A stretch of DNA of 63,155 nt, filler included, from Lenisia limosa (Eukaryota; Protista; Breviatea), in assembly GCA_001655205.1 (NCBI GenBank). It is 5 parts of 5 records of this genome, joined end to end, with 100 filler letters (N's around TTAATTAATTAA, not from the genome) between each part and the next. Parts side by side here need not be neighbours in the genome. Positions count along the whole stretch, not along the records: positions 1 to 29,684 come from LPNZ01004562.1; positions 29,785 to 53,782 come from LPNZ01001871.1; 3 more parts are not named here. One strand, given 5' to 3'. The notes below the pieces were generated by a model. It was not told the origin of the DNA. It made no database searches and worked only from the letters and a program-made list of their open reading frames with translations. The position numbers and the translations under genes are program-made. Below are positions 28,800 to 41,836 of the stretch, one piece after another. Every line of letters begins with the position of its first letter. Within the stretch, counting starts at the first letter, position 1.

Positions 28800-29684
28800 T
28801 TTCACGTATACGATATATACTACTTCACCAAAATATTAAAATCACAAAACACAACAATAGGGAGGATGAAAAGATGAAAAAAATTTGGGCGCGGTTTTAA
28901 AAGAATGAGCGCGTGCGCGCACTTTTCTAAATCGTGCACCATGCCTGCAGTCAAGAATGTTCAATTTGTAACGAAATTTGAATGCAATCGAAGACAGATC
29001 GAAGAGGGTTGCAATGCAACTGAATTGTAACCGAATAAGTGAATAAGAACCCCCGCTCCCACTGAAAGACATTGCAAGGTCAACGCAAATTGAAAATTCG
29101 ATAAGTAGATTAGAAAATCAATCAAAATCTAAATGGAACCCCCCTTGAAACCCCCTGTTGAAACGAAATAACAGGAATATATTGACCAAGCTACTGCCCG
29201 AAAAAGTTGTTCGGCTTTTCATAAGGTGGCAGAAATCTGATGGGGGGAGGGGGGTTAGATGTAAATAAATCTGTGAAGCAGTCCACACCAAATGTATAAA
29301 TCAGATGTTTTCAATACCCTCTCCCTCCTCACTTAAATCATTACATATAGCCCTTTCCTCCTCACTTAAATCATTACATATAGCACCCTCGGTTTCATTG
29401 CGAGGGGACAAAAAGGGGGGACAAGGTAGCCTCTCGAAGCGGCTCTTCCTTCCGTTTTCTCTTTGGCATTGGGGCTGCAGTCTTTAGAATAGATATGCAA
29501 CATCACTTCGTGAGGGAGGTGGAATGGAAAACCTAATATTACCACAATACACCTTAATATTCATTAGTATTATAAACGTCTTATCCCTAACCGGTTGGAT
29601 TGGCGTTTCGGTAGAAGTCGCGGAGGAGGTCAATGGCCTCATCTCCCATCAGCCCGCCCCGTGCCTGATATCCGGGGTGCTTGT

Positions 29685-29784
29685 NNNNNNNNNNNNNNNN
29701 NNNNNNNNNNNNNNNNNNNNNNNNNNNNTTAATTAATTAANNNNNNNNNNNNNNNNNNNNNNNNNNNNNNNNNNNNNNNNNNNN
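29685..29784. other. Artificial scaffold spacer (44N-TTAATTAATTAA-44N)
   Basis: Exactly 100 bp with a six-frame-stop linker; identical structure at three other sites. Confidence 0.97.
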
Positions 29785-32700
29785 TTATAAAACAAAAAAG
29801 CCCTCAACTCTGTTGACTAGGCATAAAATAGCAGAAACACCCAATGGTGCCACAACATGACGGAAAGGAAAGGAGAACATATGAAAACAACAATTGTCCA
29901 ATTTCAGCGAGCTTCGAACTCTTCTGATTGCCATTTTGTTTTGAAATTATGTTACTTGGAAGCATGAGTAATAGGCACCTCAAGACGAACCTGGAACTGC
30001 ATGGCGTGTCGCTTGAGATACGACACAAACTCCGGGGTGACCGGGTCCACTGTGAACTGCTGGCGGAACTCGAAATCTGGGTTGTTCGTGGAAGACAGAA
30101 TTTGTTCGGTCTACGGAAATTAATCAATAACAGATGAATCGGAAACATCAGAGCGCGCTCACCTCGTGTGGCTCCTTATCAAGGTAGAATCCAAAGCGGA
30201 CAAATGAGCCTCTTCTCTGTGTCGCCGGCAGGCCTCGAAGGTTCTTCACCTGGGCAATCAATAAGACTTGAAAAAAAGTCCAAGATATAATTTCTAGATT
30301 AAACATTTCTAGAAAACATGAGTATTGCGGACCTCCAAAATGAAGTCAAGTCGAGTGCCAATGAGGTCATTTGGCTCATCCGCAAATCCTTCGAACCCGT
30401 CCGTTTCGCCTTCCGTATTACACGGGAACATCCTAGTGATCATGAGTTTATTCACATTTACATCTCGTTTATGCTTGGAGTATCCGGTATTATGGCCTCA
30501 AAGGCCCGCCCACGTGACACTTAACAAGCCTTGCTCCTGTCCTTTGTAGTCGATGACTGGACATGGATCCTCGACTTCCATCAAATAGGCCAGGGGCTCA
30601 AGGTAGACGTAAGACTTTCCTACAAGAACATCCGTAGGAGGGTCGTAGAAGGGGTCCTGAAGGGTCAACAAGAAAGGAGTAACACGTATGAAAATTTCAA
30701 ATACACCGCCATTCCCACCTCTTCTTTGGTCTCATCCAATTCTCCAAACTCGACAAAGTTGTTGTAGGACTCTCTCATAAGGAAAAGACGATCACGGAAT
30801 TTGTCGAACTAAACCGTTGTGACACTGTTAACACCATGATATAAGAACACCGTTATTGTTGTTCAGAGGGTATCAGAAGCCTACCGTCCAAAGCCAAGCC
30901 AAGCCGGTTTTGGCGTTAACAAGGTTCAGGCCGAGCGTGACTTCCTTCATTTGGCGAAGCTCCTCTGTGGGTGTTAGGGCAATGTCTACAAAGTGCATTC
31001 AAACCTAATGGGGAAAGAGAGGCAGATTCTGGGACCTTTGTAATGACCTAAAACAGTAAACGGTCGGAGTCATGTGGTATTCCCTCCAGTATAAGCCCCC
31101 CATGAACCTTGAGTTCAAAGAAAACAGGCTTGCCCAGTGCCTTGGCGATTTCGTTCGCTTCGTTGACCATGGGGATGGAAGACGCCAAATCCTGAACGTG
31201 TCAGACATTTGCAATCCAAAAGCCAGTGCATTATAGTGGTTCTTGAGCCCACGGATTCAAGCTTCTGCTTCCAGTCGCCCGAGGACTTTCTTAAGGCCTT
31301 CAACGCATCTTGCTCCAACTTCAGCTGCAGGGATATTTCCTAAGTTGTCAGGCCATTCCTGGGCACAAGTTCAAGCCCACCTCCTTCTTGACAGGGTCGG
31401 ATTCAGCAGCTCCCAGACCGATCAAACGTGCAATGTGCTCCGTGATCTCCTTTTCTCTAATAATATCATAAAGACTGCCAACAATGTGGACAACCATGGT
31501 ACAAGGGGTGTGAAAAACTATTGAATAATGCATTCGAACCTTTCCGTTCTCTGTCTGTCCGTCTCTGCTCCCATGCTCTCAATTTGATCAGCAAGACCTC
31601 CTCCCTAAACAGTTACTATCACCCACAGACTGGTGCCATACCTGTGCAATTGCGAACTCCTTTTGGGCCACATCCCACGAGTACACGTCTCTCAGCTCCG
31701 CATTCTCCCCGGCATTGGTCCTCTCCTCGACCCATTGCTCATGAAGCTCAGGATGGTGGAATCTGAGAACGTAGTTTGATCCGAACATGACACGGTCGGT
31801 GTGGTGGATCTCCTCCTCCTCGGTTACAGTGGTTCCGTTGTGGAAGACGGCAGCACCACTCATGGCTCGGAGGAAGAACTTGCCGTCTCGCTGCTCAATG
31901 ACCGCGTGCTGAAGGGTTTTGAATACAATTTGTTGATTCAATTCCTGCACAACTGACAATAGTGTAAAGAATGTAACATGAGGCCCACTTCTTTCATGAT
32001 AGAAACACCTCTCAGTTCGATATCTTGCTTTTCGGGAGAGTCCTTTCGTCCACATTTGGTCTCCGTGTCCTTGAGGGGGAACACCAGGGCTTCAGACATC
32101 ATTATGTCCTCTGAGGAAATCAGAAAGAAACGAGGGTATGAGTGTCTTAATGACAAGAGAAGGTAGTGGTCAACCGGGGAACAGAACAAACCATGCAAGT
32201 TAACGAGATGGGGTATCGAACGAGGATCAACAGCACGTCCGCCGCCAGCTGCGATCAGAGCCGCAGCCTTCTCCTCTGCTGCCTAATATCGTAAATGAAT
32301 GCATGTAAAGATTATTGCAAGGTGAAGACCAACATATATCAGCAAGAGTGCACAAACCTTCTCAGCTTCCAAGAGCTTATCCTCCCAAGACTTGTTGAGG
32401 TTGTTGACAAGCTTCTCATTCTCTCTGAGCTGCTCTCTCAGACTCTCAGCCTCCGGATCGGGCTCCGCACTGATCGTCAGAATCGCAAAAAGAAAATTCA
32501 TTTGCAGCTTCATGCACCGCTCCACCCACTTCATCATACATATGATATACATGTATATATTCATACAATTACCCCCCCCCCCNNNNNNNNNNNNNNNNNN
32601 NNNNNNNNNNNNNNNNNNNNNNNNNNNNNNNNNNNNNNNNNNNNNNNNNNNNNNNNNNNNNNNNNNNNNNNNNNNNNNNNNNNNNNNNNNNNNNNNNNNN

Positions 32701-35040
32701 NNNNNNNNNNNNNNNNNNNNNTGAAAACATCGCCTTTAGTCTAAATCCGTAAACAAAGCAAAGCAGGCAAAGACAATCCGTTCAGGGCATACACACCTCT
32801 CGATTTCTGCCTTGAGGTCGTTGATCAGTTTGTCAGTGGGAGACTCGTTAATGACGGCGGCGTTCTTGATCTGTTTGGCGCGATCAGCGTATCTACAGTG
32901 TCAAGGATGACATGGCAACAATAACAATGAAGCATTGGACTGAAGCAAAATACAGTACCTGAGAGTGGAGAGAGTTTCATCGTAATTGATATCGGCTGGA
33001 GACAAGGCCGCAATCATAATGGTTTTACTGTTACCACCCAAGGCATCTTGAAGCAATCTGATAGGTTAGAAGGGTTAATCCGAAACGGTACTACACCCTT
33101 TACTAACCTGGTAAGTGTCGAATTTCTGTAAGGCACAAAGACCTTTTTCTTCTTAGCTGGATCGGAGTTTTCGGCCTGAAGAGTTGAAACCAGAATGTTA
33201 AGAATCCAAAGGAAAAAGGTTGGATCTGGCTGAAACTGTCCAGGAGTACACTCCTACCAGTGCGGAAATAACGTTACCGAGAGATGAAAGGGATTTGTTG
33301 ATAGCAGAACCCTCCTACATGGGAGTAAATAAAAACCAAAAATAACAGAGTTGAATTGTGCAAAGAAGCCCCCAAGGAACCTTCAAACGGTCACCAGTAG
33401 CACCAGTCGAATTGGCTCTCTCAGATCCAGCCAAATCCACCTGCGTTATCAGAATATCGTCTTGTGCGCTTTGTTCAGGTTGTAGCATATATATGCTATA
33501 AAAAGAGAAGGTGGTGTATGACTCAAATTTGTCAAAATATAAAAGATATTGAACAAACAAGCTTACAAGATTGACTTTAGAGACCTTTGATGTTTTGGCA
33601 CCCGCATCATCAGTTGTAATCTAGGGGTGAGAACAGCCCGCAATATAGGGGGGGGGGGGGNNNNNNNNNNNNNNNNNNNNNNNNNNNNNNNNNNNNNNNN
33701 NNNNNNNNNNNNNNNNNNNNNNNNNNNNNNNNNNNTGATAGCGAACACGGTGTGCGCTCTCGAAGATGTTGCGTTCATAGCAGTAGAGGCAACCTGCACA
33801 ATCATGCAATGATATTGATAGCTTTGACCCAGGAAAATGAATACAGCTTACAGTTCTGGCATTTGTTCCGTCTTCCATTTTCTGTTCAACCTCTTTGTAA
33901 GAAGTCACAGGGTGTCTACATAATAAAAAAAGAAGCCATGAAAGCAATGCCCCCACCTCCAGCCAAAAAAAAAGAAATGCCCCCACCTCCAGCCAAAAAA
34001 AGGTAAGCTAATCTAAGTCACCACAAACTGGGAAAGGCCGTCAACATAGACACCAAGTTTCTTGTTGTTGCGAACTTTAAGTCCTCCCTACACAATCAGT
34101 ACATTGCAAATTCTTTGGAACAAAAAGAAGCAGCACTGACCTTGACATCGTGTGTAGCAGGATTGAGAAGATCACGAATGACCTCCATATAAATCTCAAG
34201 CATGGTTACTTCAATCTAAAATGTGAAAAGGGAACCACAAAGCAAAAGGCCTACGTTGTACTCCAGCTTTTCGTTGTCATTCTCTGCGATACGTTGAAAC
34301 ATAACTTCGCATGAAATCGGAATGATGCCTCTCTCCGGGCCATATCCGACCTGAAAGATCAGTGATACATGGTGAGCAAGGGCAACTGATTAAGTTGGGA
34401 TAAAATGGTTGATAAAGGAAGTTCCAAGACCAAGTCAACTGTCCAGATGAAAGACAATATTCAGCCACTGGTTGCCACCTTCCAGCTCACCATAGAGTAT
34501 GATTTACCAGCACCAGTCTGTCCATATGCTGGGGAGTAAAACAAATGGTTACCAAAATCCATCAAGGCGGTGGCTTACCGAAAAGAGACGTGTTGAACCC
34601 GGACCAAGCGTTCTTCAGCACACCCTCGCCAAGATCATTGAACACATGTGTTTGAGTGGCGTAGTTCTCGTCCGAGCTGTCAAACGAGTCGTACGAGTAA
34701 TCGAATGTGAATGTCTTCTCATTTTCCTTGTCTAAAGTAGAAATGATATTCAAAAAATCGTACAACCAACCTCCAACTTCACCACCAGCAGCAACATTGA
34801 GAATGGTTGTGGTCTTTCCTTTCATGAAGATGGCTCTCTGGGCCCCTCTCTCTTTCTCACGGCCATTAAAGGGCCGAACTCTCACTGCCACCTAATAACA
34901 TCAAATAATAATAAAAAGGGGGTCGAAGAAGAGAAAGTAGAAGATGGCCGAGAGACGGAGAATCTAGAGGACAGATGAAGAAAGGGCGACTCTCGTGTTT
35001 TCCTCACCTTAACATTGTCACCTCCTCCATCGTCTCCCAT
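29785..35040 (-). CDS. KIF28P: Kinesin-3, KIF28P/KLP-6-like (motor + FHA + C-terminal domains), 3' end lost or unclear at scaffold join
   Basis: [71 protein letters not shown] and FHA segment [16 protein letters not shown]-terminal [27 protein letters not shown] and [23 protein letters not shown] resemble KIF28P. Confidence 0.88.
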
Positions 35041-35417
35041 GGTACTGTTGAGGTTCCAAGCGGCGACTCAGAGCGTCTTAGTTGGACTGAGTAAATCGAT
35101 GAGTTGTCTTGTAAAGCCTATCCAGTCTTGAATATAGGGATCTTAACAAAATAGAAGTCGTCAGACAGGCTTCAATCCCTTGTTTCCTTGGTTGGTCAGT
35201 TTTTTTTTTGGGCCTTATATAGTCGACGTTTGCGCAATTTTTCGCGTGGCTGGTGCCTTTTACCCTTTTACTGGCGTCCCTTCCCACCCTTCCCAATCTC
35301 TTCCTTCTTGCCCCCACTCCCCCACTTTCCTTTTTATAAGTTAAAACAACCACCAGGAGACCATCAGAGCTGGAGAAGAGAGAGAACAGCAAGGGTCTGT
35401 CACGGATTTAGTCCACT

Positions 35418-38400
35418 ATGCCTGCTCCATCTAAAAAGGAGAAGGTTTGAGCCTGCTGTAATAGTTTCATGTGATTTGACTTTTTAGACGTTCCGATATA
35501 CGGAGGTGATGTTTGACCCCCAGAGGCGCGATGTTGTGAAGGAGCTTCTGAAGGACTGGGTGGTATGCTGAGGACTGGTGGCTTGTTTACCTGTGTTCCT
35601 TGATTGACGTCTATGTAGCCACCCCCAGAACAGGACGAAACCGAGAAAGAAGAAGTCATGGAATTCTTAAAGTCAAAGAGGTGAACAGGGTGACTCGTTG
35701 TGTTATTGCCACGATTCTTACATCGCAGACCAAAGCCTTTCAAAAGCAACCTCACAGAGGATATGTTGGATGAGATATCAGACACACTCTACGAGCAGTC
35801 TTTTGAAAAGAAGCACCTCTCAAAGCACACAGAAAGTCTTCGGGCTGACCTTCCAGCCAACAGGTTTGCTCTCGGTTCCGATGAAGGGGACACAGGGTCA
35901 TTTTTGACAGCATAGCTCCGATGCCAAAGCAAACATCCTCAAAGCTTTAAGAAAGCACCAAGTGAGTCAGGCTGTTGAGTTGAACTTCTGAAGGGGAAAT
36001 TCGTGTGAGGCATACCTGTAATCTTTTCAGGTTGTTGTAATTGAAGGACAAACAGGTTGCGGTAAAACAACACAAATCCCCCAGAGTAAGCAAAATTTTA
36101 TTTATTTGAATTTTATTTTTTGTTCTTAATGTTTAGTGCTTCTGGATCATTGGATCTCACGTAAGAAGGGAGGTCATGCCAAGATTATCTGTACACAGGT
36201 GAGCTAACGGGGGTAATTATTCGTGAGAGTTTTTTTTTGCTTTGCTCAATATTAACATATGATATATATAGTTTATTTATCATATAAAAAAATGTTAGTA
36301 ATTGTATTTTTTCAAACCACCTTGAGTGTGCTAATGTTTTCAAACCACCTTGAGTGTGTTAATGGTTTCAAAATTTTCAAATTTGTTTTGTTTCTTAAAT
36401 TTTCGGTTTTCTTACCCTACCAGCCTCGTCGTATTTCCGCAACCTCGGTGGCGCGGCGCGTGGCGTATGAACGTGGCGAGGATGTTGGAATCTCAGTGGG
36501 GTTCCATGTTCGACACGAAAAGTCGTTCCCAAGACCACAGGGTGAGGCGGGGACCAAATGTGTTCATTCACCTTTTGGACTTTGTTCACCCTTGTAGGCA
36601 GCATCATGTACTGTACTTCTGGTATTCTTCTCCAACAGCTTCTGGTACGGGATGAGTTTCTTTATTTCTTTTTACTTTTTTTTAGGGTGAATCAGATATT
36701 CCATATTCCCACATTATCATCGATGAAGCTCATGAAAGGAACCTCACTGAAGACTTTTTGCTTCTGACCCTCAAAAATCTGCTCAGTATGCTATATTAAT
36801 GGCGTGAAATAATTACTACTTTAGATAAAAACAGGCACCTCAAAGTGATAGTCATGTCTGCAACCCTCGACACCGCTCTCTTCAAAAACTTCTTTGGAGG
36901 TAACGACATCGTATTCCTACTAATCATTTTAGATTGTCCTATTATTGAAATCCCTGGTCGTACATACCCTGTCAAAAGTAAGCTGGAGTGAAAGGAAGGA
37001 ATTTTTATAACGTATTGCCCAATTTCAGCATAAACACCTCTTTTCTTACCCTTGCAGCCTACTATCTTGAAGACGTCATCTCCAAGCTCAACTTCTTCCT
37101 TCCAACCGGTGGGTGCTGCTGATATTTGGAGCAAGCCCGCTATCTGCCCTCTTCACACTGATACCTATTAGATTACCGTGCCCCAAGAATCCAGCATTCC
37201 CCCTATGAGGAAGTCCATAGTCACTTAAGTAAGCAGGCATGTTGAAGTGGTATATCTCACGTAAGTACTCCTTAACCCCTGTTAGGCAAACAACTGTCAA
37301 ACTACTCGAGGGACGTTTTGAGTGTGTTGAAGAATTTGAACGAATCAGCCGTGTGTCTTCCTCTGGTCCTGGTGGGTGTGGGTTTCATTGTTTTGACCAT
37401 TGCCTTAATGATGAGGATGAGACTAAGTTTAAAAATCTTCGTGTGAGATGTTTAGCAATATTCCCATTTCACCTCACAGGAAACCATCTTCTATGCCCTC
37501 GAGAAAGAAAAAAGTGGAGATGTTCTTGTCTTTCTCCCTGGATGGGCTGGTAGGATGTCTATTTTTTCGACTGTTTCTTGGGGCTGGTCTTACAATACAT
37601 TTCAATTTTGACCCGCTAGAAATCTCAAGAATGACAAAGATGCTTGAGAACCATCCTGATAAGAAACGTCACAATATCACTGTTCTTCCCCTACACTCAC
37701 GTGTGGACACCAAACAACAGGTCTGCCCAAAGCTGCTTCACTGACATTGTTAAAACGGGGTTCTCTTTTTTTATTCCTTTTCAGTCTCGTGTTTTTGACC
37801 GAATTTTCGGCCGGAAAGTTGTTCTTTCGTCGCAAATTGCCGAGACATCGGTGACTGTGGACGGTGTTGTCTCCGTTATTGACACGGGAAAGGTTCGCGT
37901 TGTCATTAGCTCTTGTTGATCTTTTCTCTGTAAAAGGTTTTAATATTTTCAGGACAAATACACCTCTTATGATGCTGAGTCAAAAATCGGTTTGTGAATT
38001 TTCAAAATCAGTTGTTTTGTTTGTTAAAAGCCTGGGTCCTGAAGGAGTCCAATAATGGTCTTTAGGAGCACTGACCACACACTGGGTGTCGAAATCGGGA
38101 TCTAAGCAGCGTGCAGGTCGTGCTGGCAGAGTAGGCATTTCTACTAAAAACACTCATTTCCCAGACCCGTCCTGGCGTGTGCTACAAACTCTACTCCTCC
38201 CTTCGCTACAATACTTTCGACAAAAACAGGGTGGCTGAAATTTGCAGATCACCTTTGGAGCAAGTTTGCCTTCAGGTTTGTGAAAATGAGTATTTAATGA
38301 CTTCTCCAGACCCTCTCTCTCCAGCTTGGAAGTTGTCATTCTGTACTCTCACAGGTAAGTTGGTCGTAACAGTGTTACTTTGTGTTTGTAAGACGGATTG

Positions 38401-41192
38401 ACAGACATGCAGGCGCTTGAACCGCCAGCCCCCCGTAGCATTACCTTGGCCATCGACAACCTGGTGCTGATCGGAGCCGCCGTGCGACCCATGGAGCAAG
38501 TCGGCACCCAGCCTGATGGCACGCCTCTTTTGGAAGGTCGGACTGCGCATCACTCCCTCATCTTCTCTTGCTTCTCTCATCTTCTCTTGCTTCTCTCATC
38601 TTCTCTCGCTTCTCTCATCTTCTCTTGCTTCTCTCATCTTCTCTTGCTTCTCTCACCGTTCAGCGTCGTTTGATGAAGTTCTGACACCCTTGGGCTGTAT
38701 TTTGGCTGACCTCCCGATTGACCCTACACTTGGCAAGGTAAGGAAGGTGGAGGGCAACTACGATAATATTAATATACTATACTATATGATACATTGGGCT
38801 TCCCTTCGGTCCCAAAAAAGACTGTATTTCTCGATAAATCCTCGATATATATCGATATTTTACCGGTCTTTTTTCGGTCTACAGGTAAGTCCTAATGATA
38901 TATAATATCATATGTATTACAGTAATATTTTAGAGTATACATGTATAATATATATCATGTCATATATACAGTATATAAGTACAATTGTTTTATTAAGTTG
39001 ATTATTGCCAAGAGAACTCAAGAATCACCTCACGCCGTAGTTCCTGGTTATGTCGCATCTCCTTGGCGTCGGCGATGCCGGAGTGGATGTGACTTCTGCC
39101 TTGGCGGTTCCGAGTATCTTCTCAATGGATCAAAACTCAATGGATGAGTTCCGGTGGGGTGAACGGTTCTATTATCTATATCCTGCTTTCCTTCAATTTA
39201 CAATATTTAGAGCACAATTCGCGGGAACAGCTCAAAGTGACCACGTGATGTATCTGAGATTCATGCAGGAATATAGGAAGGCTAACGATAAGGAGTAAGT
39301 TGGATTTGTCCATGATTTTGCAAAAGAGATGCGTGATTTGATTATCTAATCACCAGGGCCTACTGTGCCAAAAGGGGACTATCCTCGAAGGGCATGACAG
39401 AAGCCGTTCGAACTGCCGACCATCTGGATGACACCATCAGTCACTCCATTCTCAACGTTTGCTCTTTGTTCTAGTGACCTAATGACAATGTAGTCCATTG
39501 ACGCTCCCTCCTGCGCAGCCATTGTCTCGCCAACATCTGCCGCCTCTCAGGTCATTCTCCCCAAGGGGGTGGACATGACCAGGTAGGTTCCTTCATTTCT
39601 CCTTTACATTGTTACCAATTAATGCAACCACTATAACTGCTGTAGTCACGTATCGGTGCATTTATCAGACGAGCTCGACGGCCGCCAGTTGCTTGATGGC
39701 GAAATATCACGGTACGGGCTCATGGTGGCTAACTGATCTTTAGATCTGACCAATACTCCGCTGCGAAAGCTCTGAAGTCCCAACTCCATTCCAAGTTTGC
39801 GGCGGTTCCTTCTCAAACCATGCTGTCACCCATTTCTTACTCTGTAGGCAAGCCATGCCTCTCCTGAGAGCTGCACTGGGATCTGGGACCATGACGTTTG
39901 CTGAGGTTTGTGGTGTCATTATTGGGGTGTTAGCTACTGTGGTGTGTTTTTGACCCCTTTTAGGCTGAGCGGAAGAAGTACTCGTATTTGGAGCTCAAAA
40001 ACAAGGTCGAAGCACTCCCTCAAAAGTGGGCTAATGAGTTTCTGCAGTTATACATATGATAGTATATTACGGAAATCGGTCAGGACTTATGCCTATCACT
40101 GTATATATTCATCATATTGGAGATCTGTTCCACTGATAGAGTGAGTCATGAGCCCTTTCGATAACGATGCTAGATCATCAGCTCTTCACAACGTTGACTC
40201 CTACGCCATGCCTCAGGTCACTTATTACTCCGCACAGAAGTCTGGAGTATGGACTTGGGAATAAGATGGATATTTGATAACGTCCTGTGTTGTCGATTCT
40301 GATCTTAAAGGGACGCAACATCAAGCTGAGAGACGTGTCAACAATATCCCCGGCGGCTGTGATTACTTTCTGTCGAACTATCAAGGTCTTGAAGCCAAGT
40401 ATGTGCCTTTCATTCTGCTCTTGGCTTGTTTATTATGTCAATGGCCTTGGTAGTCTAATGAAGATTAACGTAGCTCACAATACTTAATGTTTCAGAATCT
40501 GAAAAGCAGCACCCCATGCCCAATGATGAACACCAGGTTGGACAGGGTTTTACTAGGATGAAAGAAGTTGTGAGATACGCTACATGATGATACATAACTA
40601 GACTTCAAGTCCCACTTTAAAACACCATAATACAGATATTGTTTGAAGCAATTGGTCCTCCTCCAGTCCAAGGTTTATTCATTCCCTCAGGTTTTAGTGC
40701 TTGCTGACGATCACATTCGTTTCATGGTTGACAAAGATGATGTTGAGGCCATCATCAAAGTCAGACAGATTGCAAAGTACCTCTTCAGGCTTGTGTAAGC
40801 TTTGCGGTCCCAGATTGGTTCATTGCCTTCACACTGTAGAATTCGTCCAACTGACCGGCTTGACTCTGCACCTCATCATCCCCAGTTCATCAATATCTTT
40901 GAACAGTTCATCACTGCTCTCCAAGTGAGTGGCGAATCTCATTGGATTCACTGTATTTGCCAAATGAATGGCGACAAACGATTCTGTCGTTACGCTTCGA
41001 AATTCCCCTCTTTTGACACCGCAGATCTGGCTTGCCGGCCCAGTGTACCCGAAGCTCTGCATCCGGGAGCCCCGGGACCCTCATGACTACAATGAATTCA
41101 TCAGCTCGTGGGTGAACATTGGTGCTCTTTTTGGCTTTAACTTAGTTTGTTTTGCTTTAACCATTTTAGTAAAGAAGCTACGCGCCAGGTGA
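35418..41192 (+). CDS. DEAH/RHA RNA helicase (DHX36/DHX30/YTHDC2-like); 3' end approximate
   Basis: [68 protein letters not shown] and HA2 region [19 protein letters not shown]. Confidence 0.93.
38558..38655. repeat. 19-bp pyrimidine-rich minisatellite x5 (helicase intron)
   Basis: tcatcttctcttgcttctc repeated five times just upstream of the acceptor. Confidence 0.95.
38796..38892. mobile_element. Palindromic MITE-like element, family P, copy 1 (in helicase intron)
   Basis: Imperfect ~29-bp TIRs (gggcttcccttcggtcccaaaaaagactg ... ccggtcttttttcggtctacaggtaagtcc); closely matches the reverse complement of 52460-52549. Confidence 0.7.
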
Positions 41193-41836
41193 TCAAAAGA
41201 AAGAAGGAAGAGAATACTGTTGGCTGGGTTGTGTTCAATGCTATTTTCGTTTGATCATGTTTGTGAGGTAGAGATGACCGTATCAGGCCCAACAAATCCA
41301 CATGCATGTGAGTCTCAGCCGCAAGAGACCGAAATGCACTTTCATGGCTGCTGCAAATCTGCCTTAGGGTTCATGGTGATTGGTTATGGTTGTTCGTATT
41401 GTAGTGTATAATAATAAATTGTTTCTTTAGAGGTTTATTGGATATTAAAGTGAAGGTGTTGCATGATATTTGGAACATTAGTGTTGTAAGTATTCAAGAG
41501 GGGGGGGGGTCAAAATAACACCCAGAGCACCCGAGGAAAACAGCCATAGATTATTAGGGGGTTTTGAGCAGACCGGGCCGGATTCCTAATATAAGCTAGG
41601 GAGCAGGGTCGTGTTTTTTTTTTCTTACAAGATCACAACCAACAACCCAAAAACACTTTATATAATATAACAAGAAGGTTTCAAGAAGACGTGCTGAATC
41701 AATCAAAATGGTATGATGATGGTGTCATTCTTTCCCCATTAGGACATTATAGAGAGAGAGAGGGGGGGGAGGGGGGCTTTGCTCTTCTGCCTTAATCCTC
41801 TCCATTATTTTGGCTCATTGTACGTGTTGTTGAGAG

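Noticed and set aside
29729-29740. TTAATTAATTAA palindrome recurring four times (29729, 53827, 60333, 61646)
   Set aside because: Always centred in exactly 100 bp of N; a six-frame-stop linker added when scaffolds were concatenated. It is not biological, and gene adjacency across these sites is meaningless.
20411-36365. Other 26-33-bp two-copy tandem duplications (20411-20464, 29325-29383, 33946-34000, 36311-36365)
   Set aside because: Unrelated to each other in sequence, intronic or intergenic; consistent with ordinary slippage. The [12 protein letters not shown] at 33946 is antisense to a kinesin intron.
38558-38655. 19-bp x5 repeat as a possible CRISPR-like array or coding repeat
   Set aside because: No spacers, eukaryotic context, and it lies inside a GT-AG intron as an expanded pyrimidine tract.
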